Assembly: GCF_006345805.1 (NCBI RefSeq)
Contig: NC_043019.1
Span: 16,491,360-16,555,359 of the forward strand
Direction: 5' to 3'
DNA: 64,000 nucleotides
Origin: Octopus sinensis
Taxonomy: Eukaryota
Position numbers and translations under genes: made by a program. Below are positions 38,451 to 52,017 of this stretch, one piece after another (the stretch's first letter is position 1; each line of letters starts with the position of its first letter). The notes under the pieces were generated by a model. It saw only the letters and a list, made by a program, of their open reading frames with translations. It searched no databases and was not told the DNA's origin.

Positions 38451-41400
38451 TGTTAAAGTGATCAACAGTCAAAATTATCTGTAATGCACTAGCATCTTAT
38501 CCCTGAAGAGATATCTCTCTCATCTGCTTCACACTATAATAACAGAGCTAACCACTGGCCCTTATGACCTTTGATGCTTAAATGAAGTTTTACGTTTTCC
38601 ATTATTTTTATTCTTGGTCTGAGCAGGTGTCATAAATAAGCTGTTCGTGAAATATGTTCAGGGCCAACACTATACTGCATAAATTCAAGATGTTCAAGAT
38701 CACCCTTTTTCTAACTGGTTGGCATGGTTGGTATGTTGAAATTGCAACCACTGCACAGGACCGTCTTTATTTAAGCTGTGCTAGAGCGTCTCTGATGTCA
38801 ATCAACTTGCTGGAAATAGCAACCGAATCTCTTGAGTTTTAAATAAGGAAAGGGCTCTTTAGATAAGCTTGATATTCCTTGTCCATCAGGGATTGAGCAT
38901 CCAGATTACTCTGTCAAATGATCATTTAATTACATTTGTTTTGAATTAATCATGCATCATCTCATCACCTCAAGATTTCAAAAATGGTATTGTAGGATAG
39001 GTGTGAGAGGCTGAATCTGGTCAGTTTAAATATAAAACCAGTAGAATATTTGGCTGCATATGAGTGGTTTAAATGCTGAAAGGTTTAAAAAAACAAACAA
39101 GGGTTACATTGAAGTGAACTCTCAACAGCAGTGTCCTTTGTTGTCAGCAATACAGCAGACAGGGTTGATGTTTTGGCCATTTCGATACTACGCACTTCTG
39201 CCTGGCTGGTGCTACATTCGGGATGTATGTAGTACTTTCTACAATATTGATTGCCAACTTGTGTACTGTGCAACATGAACCAGTCTCTGTTGCCCCATAA
39301 ATCTGTCTCAGCCAACCCTCCACCCAAAGGCCAGAGCCACCTCCTAAAAATGAGTCCTGCCATGTCCCAGCCTCCAACCTCCACATCTCTGCCCCTCATC
39401 CATTTCACTTGCACTCATCTGCATACTTCTCCATCTTCCCTTCTTGCTTCCTCCATTTTCACCTCTCATGATGCTGTCAACACTGTGCCACCCTTGATGC
39501 CTGAACCAAATCAGATATTCTCCGCAGCTAATATCCTACCAAACACTAAAGGAGAACAAATTGTTCCCCGTCTCTTTGTGTCCCCCACCACCCTCGCCTT
39601 TACAAAATGGTTTAGTTGTAGACATACAATCTGGAAAGCTCTTTTTAAAAATGGGATAGTCATGATTGGAATGCCTGATTATAAGTCTGTTCAATTGAGG
39701 TTAATTTGGGGCTAAAATAATATAATCAACTCATAGAAAAGAAACTAGGGCAACATCGATACTTCCTGATGCTTTCAGCTTGTACACAGAAAAAGAAACA
39801 TCCTGCAATGTTTACACACACACACACACACAGACATGAAGAAAGACGCTCATAAAAAGATGCTCTTTTGTGTGTGTGTTTCTTTTTTACTACAGCCATT
39901 TAAATCTGAACAATGGCAGTCAGATTAATATTTCCTTCTTGCTACAGCCATTAGCCATCTCCCACTGGTTTCTTATATTTTTGTTGATGTTTATTTGTAA
40001 CTTCTGTCATACTGAAAGTCATTTCCATCTCTTAACCCTAAACATAACATCCAAACAATGGTTTAAACCAACTCCTGGAAGAACAAGGTTCCAGATATTT
40101 CCCTTTTTGTTTTTTCTCAGCCTTCTTTGGTACTTTTTAATTATGCATATGAAGTGTTCATGGCAGTGATGAGGGCAAATATATACACATTAATAGATGT
40201 ATATAACTGTAAGTACATATATGTATATAAATGTGCATGTGTATATGTACAAACACACGCACACACATACATACAGACATCTGTGCACACACACACACAC
40301 ACACACACACACGTATATATATATTCTTGTCTCAGTTATTAGACTGCGACCAGGCCTCGGTGCCTAGGGTTAAACTAATACCCGCTTCGTCATGCTTGTT
40401 AAAATCGCTGAAAGACAAGCACCAAATTCAAAGGATAGAAGTGTATAATTACACATAAATAAAGATATCATTATTAATAAATGGCTAGCAAACATAAAAA
40501 CAAAAAGGGTGAATTTATAATTAAGGGTACCAGATAGTCCCATCGTTGCTAGAGATAAGAGTCGAAAAAGACTCAAATGAGCTGCAATATCACTGCAAGT
40601 TTAACAAGCTAACCAGTCACTTATATTATTATTATTTATTAATAATGATACCTTTATTTATGCATAATTATACACTTCTATCATTCGAATTTGGCTCTAG
40701 TCTTTCAATACTTTTAACAAGCATGACAAAGCAGGTATTCGTTTAACCCCAGGCAGGGAGACCCATTGATGAGAATTAAGAGTTAATATCTCAGAGTTCG
40801 AAATCACGTGTTATGAGTATATCTGCAAATTCACTCCTCAATTTTGTCAGCTTGTGAAATTTACAGTGATATTGTGGCTTATTTGAGTATTTTTCGACTC
40901 TTATTTCTAGCAACACTGGTTCTTATGCTCTTAATTATAAATATATATATATATAAGGTGCAGGTGTGGCAGTGTGATAAGAAGTTCACTTTCTAGCCAC
41001 ATGATTCTGCCTTCAATTCCACTGCATGACACCTTGGACAGGTGTCTTTTACTATAGCCCCAAGTTGACCAAAGTCTTGTGAGTGGATTTGGTGGACAGA
41101 AAGAAGTCAGTCGTGTGTATGTGAGTGCATGGTAGTTGTAAATGAGTGTCCCTGTCATACAAGCAGTGTCATTCATTTCCAGTATATTGTGAAAACATAT
41201 TTGGCCATAGAGAAACATTACCTTGCTTGGAAAGAAGTGAATGCTGATGACAGGAAGGGCATCTGACTGTTGAAATCTGCCTCAATTTAACTCTGATCAA
41301 AGCAAGCATGGAAAAGTGATCTTAAATGATGACGGTGATCATCATCATCGTTTAACGTCTGCATTTCCATGCTAGCATGGGTTGGACGATTTGACTGAGG

Positions 41401-41994
41401 TCTGGCAAACCAGACTACAATCTGATCTGGCAGAGTTTCTACAGCTTGATGCCCTTATATATAATTTTTATATGTTAAAGGTTGGCATTTCCCTTGAAAA
41501 TTTGGTTATATAAAATGTTGTCCTATTGAAAAGTGTTGAACAGTCGGTCAGTTTGATGTTTAACTGTTTTTATACATTATTCATTTAAATATACAATATA
41601 TATATATATATCTGTTCATCCTTCAACATCTTATCTTCTGTACTGGCATGTTTAGATAGAGGAGGTATTTGTTATAGGATTTTTACAGTTGGATGCTCAT
41701 TCTGTCACCAATCCTTTTCTGATTTTCAAGTGTGTGGGGGGTGGGGCAGTATGCCAAAGAACAGATGCAACTAGGTTAGGTCGGAGGGTTGTTGCCTGAA
41801 TGGTGCAAAAGTGTCATCCATCAGGAACAGCAGCGAATCACCAACAAATAGGACTACAGCAATGCACTACAACAGCACATGCCCCACACCCTCACCTCTG
41901 TGTGTGTGTGTGTGTATAATATATATATATATATATATATATCATCATCACTTAATACCCACGTCCCATGTTGGCATGGATGGGACTATATATA

Positions 41995-42690
41995 TCATTA
42001 TCATCATCATCATCATTTAGCGTCCGTTCTCCATGCTAGCATGGGTTGGACGGTTCAACTGGGGTCTGTGAAGCTTCATCAGGCCCAGTCAGATCTGGCA
42101 GTGTTTCTACGGCTGGATGCCCTTCCTAATGCCAACCACTCTGTGAGTGTAGTGGGTGCTTTTTACGTGCCACCCGCACAGGTGCCAGACAGAGCTGGCA
42201 AACGGCCACGAACGGATGGTGCTTTTACATGTCACCAGCACGGAGGCCAGGCGAGGCTGGCAACGGACAAGAACGGATGGTGCTTTTACGTGCCACCAAC
42301 ACGGGGGCCAGACAGAGCTGGCAAACGGCCATGAAATGGATGGTGCTTTTACGTGTCACTGGCACGGGGGCCAGACAGGGCTGGCAAACGGCCACGAACG
42401 GATGGTGCTTTTACATGTCACCAGCACGGAGGCCAGGCGAGGCTGGCAACGGACAAGAACGGATGGTGCTTTTACGTGCCACCAACACGGGGGCCAGACA
42501 GAGCTGGCAAACGGCCACGAAATGGATGGTGCTTTTACGTGTCACTGGCACGGGGGCCAGACAGGGCTGGCAAACGGCCACGAACGGATGGTGCTTTTAC
42601 GTGTCACCTGCACGGGGGCCCTGATGTTGATCGACCTCAATTTGGTTCTGCTTTCTGATATATGTATTGATTTGGTTTGATTTTGATTTT
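41995..42690 (-). mobile_element. RTE LINE 3'UTR fragment with expanded ~62-bp tandem array
   Basis: Same tail as 27780-27927 (GGATGCCCTTCCTAATGCCAACCACTC), followed by eight GGTGCTTTTAC-headed units. Confidence 0.85.
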
Positions 42691-42697
42691 GACTATA

Positions 42698-43240
42698 CTC
42701 TTTTAGTTGTTTCAGCCATTTAACTGCGGCCATGCTGGAGCACCACCTTTAGTCGAGCAAATCAACCCCGGGACTTATTCTTTGTAAGCCCAGTACTTAT
42801 TCTATCGGTCTCTTTTGTTGAACCGCTAAGTGACGGAGACATAAACACACCAGCATCAGTTGTCAAGCAATGCTAGGGGGACAAACGCATACACACAAAC
42901 ACACACATACATATATATATATATATTGGCCTCCGTGCTGTGGGCACGTAACAAACACCATCCGATCGTGGCCGTTCGCCAGCCTCATCTGGCACCTGTG
43001 TCGGTGGCACATAAAAACACCATCCGAGCGTGGCCGTTCGCCAGCCTCGTCTGGCACCTGTGTCGGTGGCACATAAAATCACCCACTACACTCTCGGAGT
43101 GGTTGGCGTTAGGAAGGGCATCCAGCTGTAGAAACACTGCCAGATCTGACTGGCCTGGTGCAGCCTTCGGGCTCCCCAGACCCCAGTTGAACCGTCCAAC
43201 CCATGCTAGCATGGAAAGCGGACGTTAATGATGATGATAT

Positions 43241-43319
<79 letters not shown>

Positions 43320-43482
43320 TACGACAGGCTTCTTTCAGTTTCCATCTACCAAATCCACTCATAAGGCATTGGTCGGCCCAGGGCTATAGCAGAAGACACT
43401 TGCCTGAAATGCCACGCAGTGAGACTGAACCCGGAACCATGTGGTTGGTTAGCAAGCTACTTACCACACAGCCACTCCTGCA
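42698..43482 (-). mobile_element. SINE family A copy carrying an RTE 3' fragment (42928-43236) in the opposite orientation
   Basis: Same arrangement as 24146-24877 but with the insert reversed. Confidence 0.85.
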
Positions 43483-43508
43483 TATATATATATATATATA
43501 TATATATA

Positions 43509-44791
43509 CGAGGGGCGTTCAATAAGTAATACCCCTGACCCACTTCCCATAGCAGTAGAGCAACGAAACTTGCCACAGTTATTCTTTTTCTACATAGGAA
43601 CCACCCAGAGTTACGCATTTCTCCATCATTTGATGCGGCTCTGGAGACCGTTTTTGTAGAAGAACCCAGCTTGGTCCTCCAACCTCAACGTGACTTCAGA
43701 AATCAAGGCTGCATCATCTGGGAAACGCTTTCCTTTCAAAAACAACTTCATGATTGGGAAGAGGTGAAAATCAGAGGGTGCAAGGTCAGGAAAGTAGGGG
43801 GGATGGGGAGGAGTTCATAGCCATACGCCTGTGCTTCTGATCTGGCGACAAGCGAGTTGTGGACCAGAGCGTTGTCCTGCAAGAGGAGGATGCCTTTGCT
43901 GATCTTGCCCCGCCTCTTGATTTTGATAACTTCTCTTAATTTCCTCAAAAGTGAAGCATAATAGGCTCCTGCAATTGCGGTACCCTTTGCCAGGAAATAT
44001 GTCATCACTACTCCATCCTGGTCCCAGAAGACTGTGAGCATGACCTTGCCAGCAGAGGGCTGCACCCTTGCCTTCTTTGGAGGGGGTGAGTCATGGTGCT
44101 TCCACTGCATTGACTGGGCTTTGGTCTCTGGATCATCGTGATGGACCCAGGTTTCATCCTGTGTAATCAGTCTTTTGAAAAATTTTGACTCATCTTCTTG
44201 GCACATCTCCAAATTCACCCTCAAGCACTCGACGCGTTCTTGCTTCTGGAAAGGCGTGAGCAACCTGGGAATCCATCTGGCAGACACCTTTTGCATATGC
44301 AAATGGTCATGAATGATAGTTTCCACAGACCCGGTACTAATCTTGACCTCATGGGCTATTTGGCGAATAATTATGCGTCAATCTTCGAAAATGGCAGCCT
44401 CAACTTGACGGACAGATGCCTCATCAATGGCAGAAGGGGGCGACCAGATCTGGGAGCTGTTTCCACAGAGTTCCGACCATGTTTGAATTCACGATGCCAG
44501 TGTTTTACAAGGTCATATGATGGGGCATCATCACCATAAGTTACTTTCATTTCATCAAAAGTCTCCGTGGTGTGCGTCCTTTCAAATACAAAAACCGGAT
44601 CACTGCGACACTCAACAGGCTCCATTTCACACTTGACTCGGTTCAAACACCTGTAAATCAGAAACCACAATTAATTCAGAGCTGTAATTTGCCACTTACT
44701 CTATAGAGATATAAATGATTGCACATGCAAAATTTCAGCTAGATCAAACAACTGCAAGTGGGTCAGAGGCATTACTTATTGAACGTCCCTC

Positions 44792-44792
<1 letters not shown>
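43509..44792 (-). mobile_element. Full-length mariner transposon, transposase frameshifted
   Basis: TIRs CGAGGGGCGTTCAATAAGTAAT / ATTACTTATTGAACGTCCCTCG with TA flanks. Motifs WIPRLL, TQDETW, LQDNA and, in a shifted frame, YFPDLAPSDF. Confidence 0.95.
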
Positions 44793-44834
<42 letters not shown>

Positions 44835-45431
44835 AAACAAGTGATGGGGATGAAAAATGGAATATACAAGACTTTATGACTCCCAATGATTGTTTTGGCC
44901 CTTCACCAGTGGGATCCTGTACAACTGGTTATGGTGCATCCCTCAGTACAGAAGCGTCTCATCAGGTGATTTTTCAAGGGGAATCTCGTGAAATAAACCC
45001 TGTTTCACTCAGTTTTAATATAGCATGTTGTTAGTGACCGTAGGTTTAAGCCCCTTGGGCAGGAATGGCAAGGGACAGATTCCATTGCACTGTTATAAAT
45101 AGTTGTTTACATGTATTTAGTTGTAAATCAGTGACAGGGGGTAAATAAAAAAAAAAAAAGTAATATACAATAAAGTAAAACAATTATATGCGTAAGTAGA
45201 CATCCAGATACTTCTGTACCCACACTTGTGGTCCTGTGCACGCACACACACACTCTCACTCGTGCAGTTAAGTAGATGTTCTTAACTCTCTGAGAGGCAT
45301 CCACCCTGTCTCATCCCCTACTGCCATACCAGGAACAGTGTTTCACATGACTGGAACGCGGTCATCTTTGTTGTTCATATATCTTTTTATGGCTATTGTA
45401 TACACACCCTCATATACATATCAACATACAC

Positions 45432-45478
<47 letters not shown>

Positions 45479-45479
<1 letters not shown>

Positions 45480-45588
45480 TTTATTTAAAGCAGCAGAAAA
45501 TTCAACAAAACCTGTTACTCTGAGTTTCCCGTTGCCGGCAACGGGAGAGTAACAGGTTTTGTTGAATTTTCTGCTGCTTTAAATAAAG
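45479..45588. repeat. Palindrome centred at 45536/45537
   Basis: CTTTATTTAAAGCAGCAG...GTTGCC|GGCAAC...CTGCTGCTTTAAATAAAG. The right arm lacks 6 nt (AACTCA). Confidence 0.92.
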
Positions 45589-45656
45589 CATATTACTCTA
45601 CCACTGGTATTTGAGTACTCTTTTTTCCTCCTTGTTTCACATTTATGTGTTTACTC

Positions 45657-45701
<45 letters not shown>

Positions 45702-47312
45702 GACACACACACAAGTCTGTTTATATATATATATATATATACACATACATTCACAAATGTATATATACACACACATTCACAGGTGTGTATATACACACAT
45801 CTTCACAAGCGTGGGTGTGGAAGTATCTGGATGTCTACTTATTCATGTAATTTTTTACTCTTTTGTATATTTCTTTTTATTCTTTACTCCCTGCCATTGA
45901 TTTACAACTAAATGCATTGTAAACAACTGTTTATAACATTGCAACGGAATCTGCCCCTGGCCATTCCTACCCAAGGTCTTAAACCTACAGTCACTAACGA
46001 CATCAAAACACAGAGAAATAGGGCTTATTGAATGAGATGCCCCTTTAATGAGACTCTTCTGCACGAAGGATTCAATGGAAGATGGGTTGAAATGATCATC
46101 ATGAGCAAATAGAGTTTTTCATATATTCCATTTTGCATCTCTCTCATTTGTTATATACTCAACAAACACTGAGGAATTCCTGAAGTGGATCCTGCAGCAG
46201 TTGCTTAGATACCATGGATGACATCAGGTAACCATAGACAGTGGACATGCTTTATTAGCTAACTTACTTGGCACATACTCAATGCTTAAATAATTTCTTA
46301 TATATAATATCCATTCACACATACACGCACATATGTAACCTACACCAGTGTCACATAACCAGCCAACTAGAAAAGGACCCTTGGATCTTAGGGCGACATG
46401 CCATGCTTGAGGAGACTTATTGAGTCAAGTACATCAACATCAAAATAAATATCAAATCACAATCAAATGGAAATTGTAGTTGTGGTCCTCATGCCGGATC
46501 CAGCCGCTTTGACTGGCTTCTGTGCTGGTGGCATGTAAAAAGCACCATCCAATAATGGTCAATGCCAGCCCTCTCTGGCCCCTGTGCCGGTGGCACATAA
46601 AAAGCACCCACTACACCCTCGGAGTGGTTGACGTTAGGAAAGGCATCCAGCTGTAGAAACATTGCCAGATCAGACTGGTGCCTGGTGCAGCCTCCTGGCT
46701 TTCCAGACCTCAGTCGAACCGTCCAACCCATGCCAGCATGGAAAACAGACGTTAAACGATGATGATGATAAAAGCACCCATGCTGGTGCCACATAAAAAG
46801 TACCCGGTACACTCTGTAAAGTGGTTGGTATTAGGAAGAGCATCCAACTGTAGAAACCATGCCCATACAGACAATAGGAGCGTTGTGCAGCTCTCTGGCT
46901 TGCCAGATCCTTGTCAAACTGCCCAACCCATACCAGCATGGAAAACGGATGTGTGTATGAATAATTTCTCTCAACAATTTGTTAATCTCCTGCAATATGT
47001 TGCATTTCATCTGATTCGTGTGTAACATTGTGCCTCTACTTTTGGGGATTCTCTCCTCACTGCTTTGGCAAATACAGTAAAGTTTGTATTTCGTCTGAGA
47101 CTAAATACCATTCCAGAATTGTCTCCCATACTTGCTGGAATAATTGAAATGATTTTAGACAATGACTAAGATGCAAAACCCATCATGCTTCGTTAATCTA
47201 TCATTAATATAATTTTGATATTAAATACTTTTGTTCTTTCACTAGAAACATGCATAGTGATAATTCGTAATAATAATTATAATATTTCAAGATGACAAAT
47301 TTCTTTCAGTTA

Positions 47313-47701
47313 ACTCTTTTACTTGTTTCAGTCATTTGACTGCAGCCATGCTGGAGCACCGCCTTTAATCGAGCAACTCGACCCCGGGACTTATTCTTTT
47401 TGTAAGCCCAGTACTTATTCTATCAGTCTCCTTTGCCGAACCGCTAAGTAACGGGGACATAAACACACCAGCATCGGTTGTCAAGCAATGCTAGGGGGAC
47501 AAACACAGACACACACACACACACATACATATATATACGACAGGCTTCTTTCAGTTTCTGTCTACCAAATCAACTCACAAGGCTTTGGTCGGCCCGAGGC
47601 TATAGTAGAAGACACTTGCCCAAGGTGCCACGCAGTGGGACTGAACCCGGAACCATGTGGTTGGTAAACAAGCTACTTACCACACAGCCACTCCTGCGCC
47701 T
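47313..47701 (-). mobile_element. SINE family A full-length copy
   Basis: Complete head to tail with no insert. Confidence 0.9.
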
Positions 47702-48981
47702 AGCGTTCATATTTTGCTAATGACAGTATTTATGTATTATACTCAATGTTTATCAGTTAAGTCTTCACCTTAATTAAAATGATATTTTCAATATTTTCAA
47801 TATTACTATCCTTTTTTATTACTGGTTGATGACATTAATGCCAAACCTGTAATATATTATCATTCATGCAAAGACATAACATAATGTTATGGTAACTTTT
47901 AACCCTAACCAAACAACATTTCTTCTTTCACACCCTATGCTTACCTCTCACTCCTCAATCCTGTCCTTGTCATTGCTATCCAGTAGCCCCCACCCCCACC
48001 CCCTCTGTATACCCAGGTTTTCACCACTCTCTACTCAAGCTTCTTTGGCAATGTCCTGCGGATTATATTATTACCACTGTACCTCAGTGGGTATACTCTG
48101 CCACTTGCTACCATCTCTCTCTCTCTTCTTTTACTCGACCATCCCATTTATATTCTGATCCCTGTCCCTTGTGAATATGCCTGGCACTCTGCCGCCATCT
48201 CTCTCCTACTCCCTCCCTCTCTCTCTCTCTTCCTCTTGCTCTTTCCTGAGGCTGGGTAACCACGTACCTCCTTTACAGCAGCATACCTGTTTCTGTCCTC
48301 CTTCCTGCTCTCTCCTCAGCCAAGTAACTTTGTACTTCCTCTACAGCAAGACACCTGTTTCTGTCTCTCTGCCTCACCCTAACCTTTAATCATCTGACAC
48401 AAGCTCACCTCCTCCAATGCCCCCTCCCCTCTCAAAAGATCTTTGTCTTGCAAGTTACGTGGTGACCCTGCCAGTGCTGCTGCCACATAAGGCATTCTGT
48501 CCACACTGTAAAGGGGTTGGTGTTTGGAAGGGCATCCAGCTGTAAAAGCCTTGCCAAAACTGACCTCACCTATGCTTGCTCGTGCTACATAGAAGGCACT
48601 CAATCCACTCTGTTGGGTGGTTGATGTTAGGAAGGGCATCCAGTCATAAACACCCTGACAAAACAGACAGAAGTCTGGTACAGGCTCCTGTCAAACTGTC
48701 CAACCCATGCCAGCATGGAATGCAGACGATGATTTATATTACTCATTATACATTAGATTGTACTATAGATATGAATTACTTCCAGTCATGCCATCGCAAA
48801 CATAGTTATGGTGTAACTGTCTCTACATTTGGGGTGACTGGCCAAAAATGGGTTACATTTAGTTTTCATGCATAAAGTGCATATTATACATGAATAAATA
48901 TGGTGTGTCTGCCTGTGTTTATATATATTTATTTTATATTTTGGACTAATGGGTGTATGTTGATTAGAGTGTTGAATAGAG

Positions 48982-49268
48982 TGATGCTTCTGAAACTATC
49001 TGATGTGGCGTACCGACAGGCTTTTTTTTGTGTGCCAGGAACCAGTAATATTTCTTAGTAATATTAATTTATACCAGAAACAATATATAATGAATATAAT
49101 AAAAGTGGACAATTTTTTTTTTATCTTATATTTAGTTGTAAACAAATAATGCAATATTACATAAGCATTTTATAATGTTTCTTTCTTTTCTGGAAACTTG
49201 CTGTGTACCGGCAGCTGATGGCTCGCAGACCAGCACCGGTCCACAGACCACCACTTTAAGTAGCACTG
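48982..49268. mobile_element. hAT/Charlie-like MITE
   Basis: Right end CACTTTAAGTAGCACTG, decayed left end TGATGCTTCTGAAAC, flanks GAATAGAG / AAGTAGAG. Confidence 0.65.
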
Positions 49269-49788
49269 AAGTAGAGCACTGACACAGTTTGGGCCATCTG
49301 GTGCCATCCGTAGTTGGGGTATGTTTCCGTTGGAGCTACTTCAGGAACTCTGCAGTGTTAGTTGAGATAATGATAATAGTTTCTTAAGTAACCAGAAGAT
49401 GGATTTGGTATTAATCTTTATTTTGTACAACGGTTATTTCAACACAACTTTATATATGGATATACTTTATGAGACCCAGACAGCAAAATGGATGCAACAC
49501 ATGTTGAATGGAGTCCCACCCATAGGGGACAATAGCAGGACGGGTTGAAATGACTGTTGTACAAAATAATGATTAATACCAAATCTATCTTCTAGTTACT
49601 TAATAAATTATCATTATTTATATATATATATGTACACACACACACACACACACACACATGATGGGCTTCTTTTAGTTTTGCTTGACACAGGACTTAGGTT
49701 GCTTCAGGGCTAAAGTAGAAGACACTTTGACCAATGAGCAACAAAGTAGGACTGAAACCAAAACCACATAGTAAGGAAAATATATATC

Positions 49789-49822
<34 letters not shown>

Positions 49823-51674
49823 AAGGCACGCTATCTAGTGGTTAGAGTATTGCACTCATGTTACTAGACTGTGAGTTCGATTCCTGGATCGAGTGGTGCA
49901 TTATGTTCTTGACCAAAACACTTCATTTCACGTTGCTCTGCAGGCAGGAGAGTGGCAGAGATGTTTTATGGTATATCTTCCAGCTCTCTGAGTTCAAATC
50001 CCACCTGACTGGGAGAATCCACTCCAGCATTCGTCTCTAGTCATGGAGAGACAAAGTTCCAGTAATTTATTTAACGGCAGCAGCAGTGGGAACAAGCCCT
50101 CCCATGTCATATAGTGTTGAAGAAGGTTCCCATGTACAGGACCTACCCAAGGGCTGACCACCACTAGACTTATATATATCTATGTGTGTGTGTGTATGTA
50201 CACACACAAACATGCAGCTATAGGAATGTAGAGAACCTATAATTGTCTCCATCTTTATATGATTGGAGTTTATGAATATTTTATGTAAGACTGAGGCTTC
50301 AGTGGGAATTGGGTGAGTGGGTCAGCAACTCAGCACTTCAAGCTAACAAAAGACACTGGTCATTTTAACAGTGCTACCGCTTACAGGTGTGTTTCTTAAC
50401 CTTTGATGCCCCGGAGATTAAATACAAGCATTTTTATTTACTGGTGCATTTCACATGGGGTTTATAAAAGCTACAACAGCAACAACTAAGTTTAAGGGCT
50501 AAAGATTCATTATGAAACTATCACTTCCCTTGATTTAATTAATTACTCTCATTTTTCGTTCAGTCATCGGACTCTGACTTTGCTGAAGGGTCACCATGAA
50601 AGGCTGACCCCAGTACTCATACTTATTCTGTTGGCTTCTTTTTGCTCAACCAGGGACATAAACAAACCAACACCAGTTGTGAAGTAGTATGAGAACAAAG
50701 TTAAAGATGCACACACACACACACCATCATCCTCATCATCATTTAACATCCGTTTTCCATGCTGATGTGGGTTTGAATGGTTTGATAGGAGAACTGCACC
50801 AGGCTCCAGTTGTCTGTTTTGGTACCATTTCTACAACAGGATGTCCTTCCTAACACCAACCACTTTACAATTTAGATTGGGTGCTTCCTATGTGGCAGCA
50901 CCAGCACATATGTAGAACCTGCACTAAGGAGATATATACATGCACATATATACTCACACACATACATACATATACATACATAACAGGCTGCTTTACAGTT
51001 TCTCTCTACCAAATTCACTCACAAGGCATTGGTTGGCCTGGGGCTATAATAGAAGACACTTGCCCAAGGTGCCAAGCAATGAATCTGAACCTGAAACCAC
51101 ATGGTTGCAATGTATCCTTGTTATCCACTCGGCTATGACAAATTTATATCTTTCAAGTTGCTCAACCATGAACAAATTATATCTTTAAACCTTAAGCCAT
51201 ATCCAACCTAAATATTCTGCCTGTTTTACATTCAAACTGCTAGATCTGACCTTTCGCACCTTTTCAATGATTTAGTCCATTCTCAAGATAAACAATTATA
51301 TCATTCAAATTTCAGAGCTTTGAGATAATGTATAATTAATTAAAAACACTGAATACGTAAGCATTAATTTTGACAGAGCATTCTGGATGCTAAAGGGTTT
51401 AACCTCCACAAGTCACCAGGCACTCCATGTGGCGCACCATTTAGAACAGCTTCTAATGAGGATATTAGGTGGACTGACCCACGGCAACAGGATAGAACTT
51501 TTTTTTTATTTTTGGTGGGGACTTATAATTTAGTGTGTCATAGTTGTTGGGTGATTTTGATGTTAATAGATGCCTTTCTTTGCCTTTAATTTCCCACTTC
51601 TTTCAGTCATTGGACAGCAGCCATACTGGAGCACCACTTTGAACGATTTAGTTGAACACACATCAACTGCAGTA

Positions 51675-52017
51675 CAGTGATACCTCACAGTATGAGTTTA
51701 ATTCGTTCCATGACCAAGCTCGTCTTACAATTTACTTGTTTTACAAATCAATTTTCCCCATTGAAATTAACTAAAATATAATTAATCCATTCCAGTCCCC
51801 AAAAACCACTCAAAATAAATATCTTGTTGGTTTTAATACAGAAAAGGTGTCGTCACCAGTAAAATGACAATTATAAAAAAGAGAATGCAAAATAAAACTG
51901 GTTTTATTAACTGGATTACCTTAAAGATGGGACAATTTGTGTGTTCGTGCTTCAAGAGAAAAATTTGCTTGAGTCTCTGCTCATACAGCAAATCACTCGT
52001 ACTGCGAGGTCCCACTC
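51675..52017. mobile_element. Tigger/pogo-like MITE inserted in a SINE A relic
   Basis: TA|CAGTGATACCTCACAGTA ... TACTGCGAGGTCCCACT imperfect TIRs, with SINE sequence resuming on both sides. Confidence 0.65.

Noticed and set aside
39251-39715. 154-aa plus-strand ORF in the REXO1 intron
   Set aside because: Non-ATG start, low-complexity C/T-rich sequence, and no convincing splice sites or homology.
42156-42620. CRISPR-like repeat-spacer appearance
   Set aside because: The spacers are homologous and duplicated, the array is part of an RTE 3'UTR in a eukaryote, and there are no cas genes.
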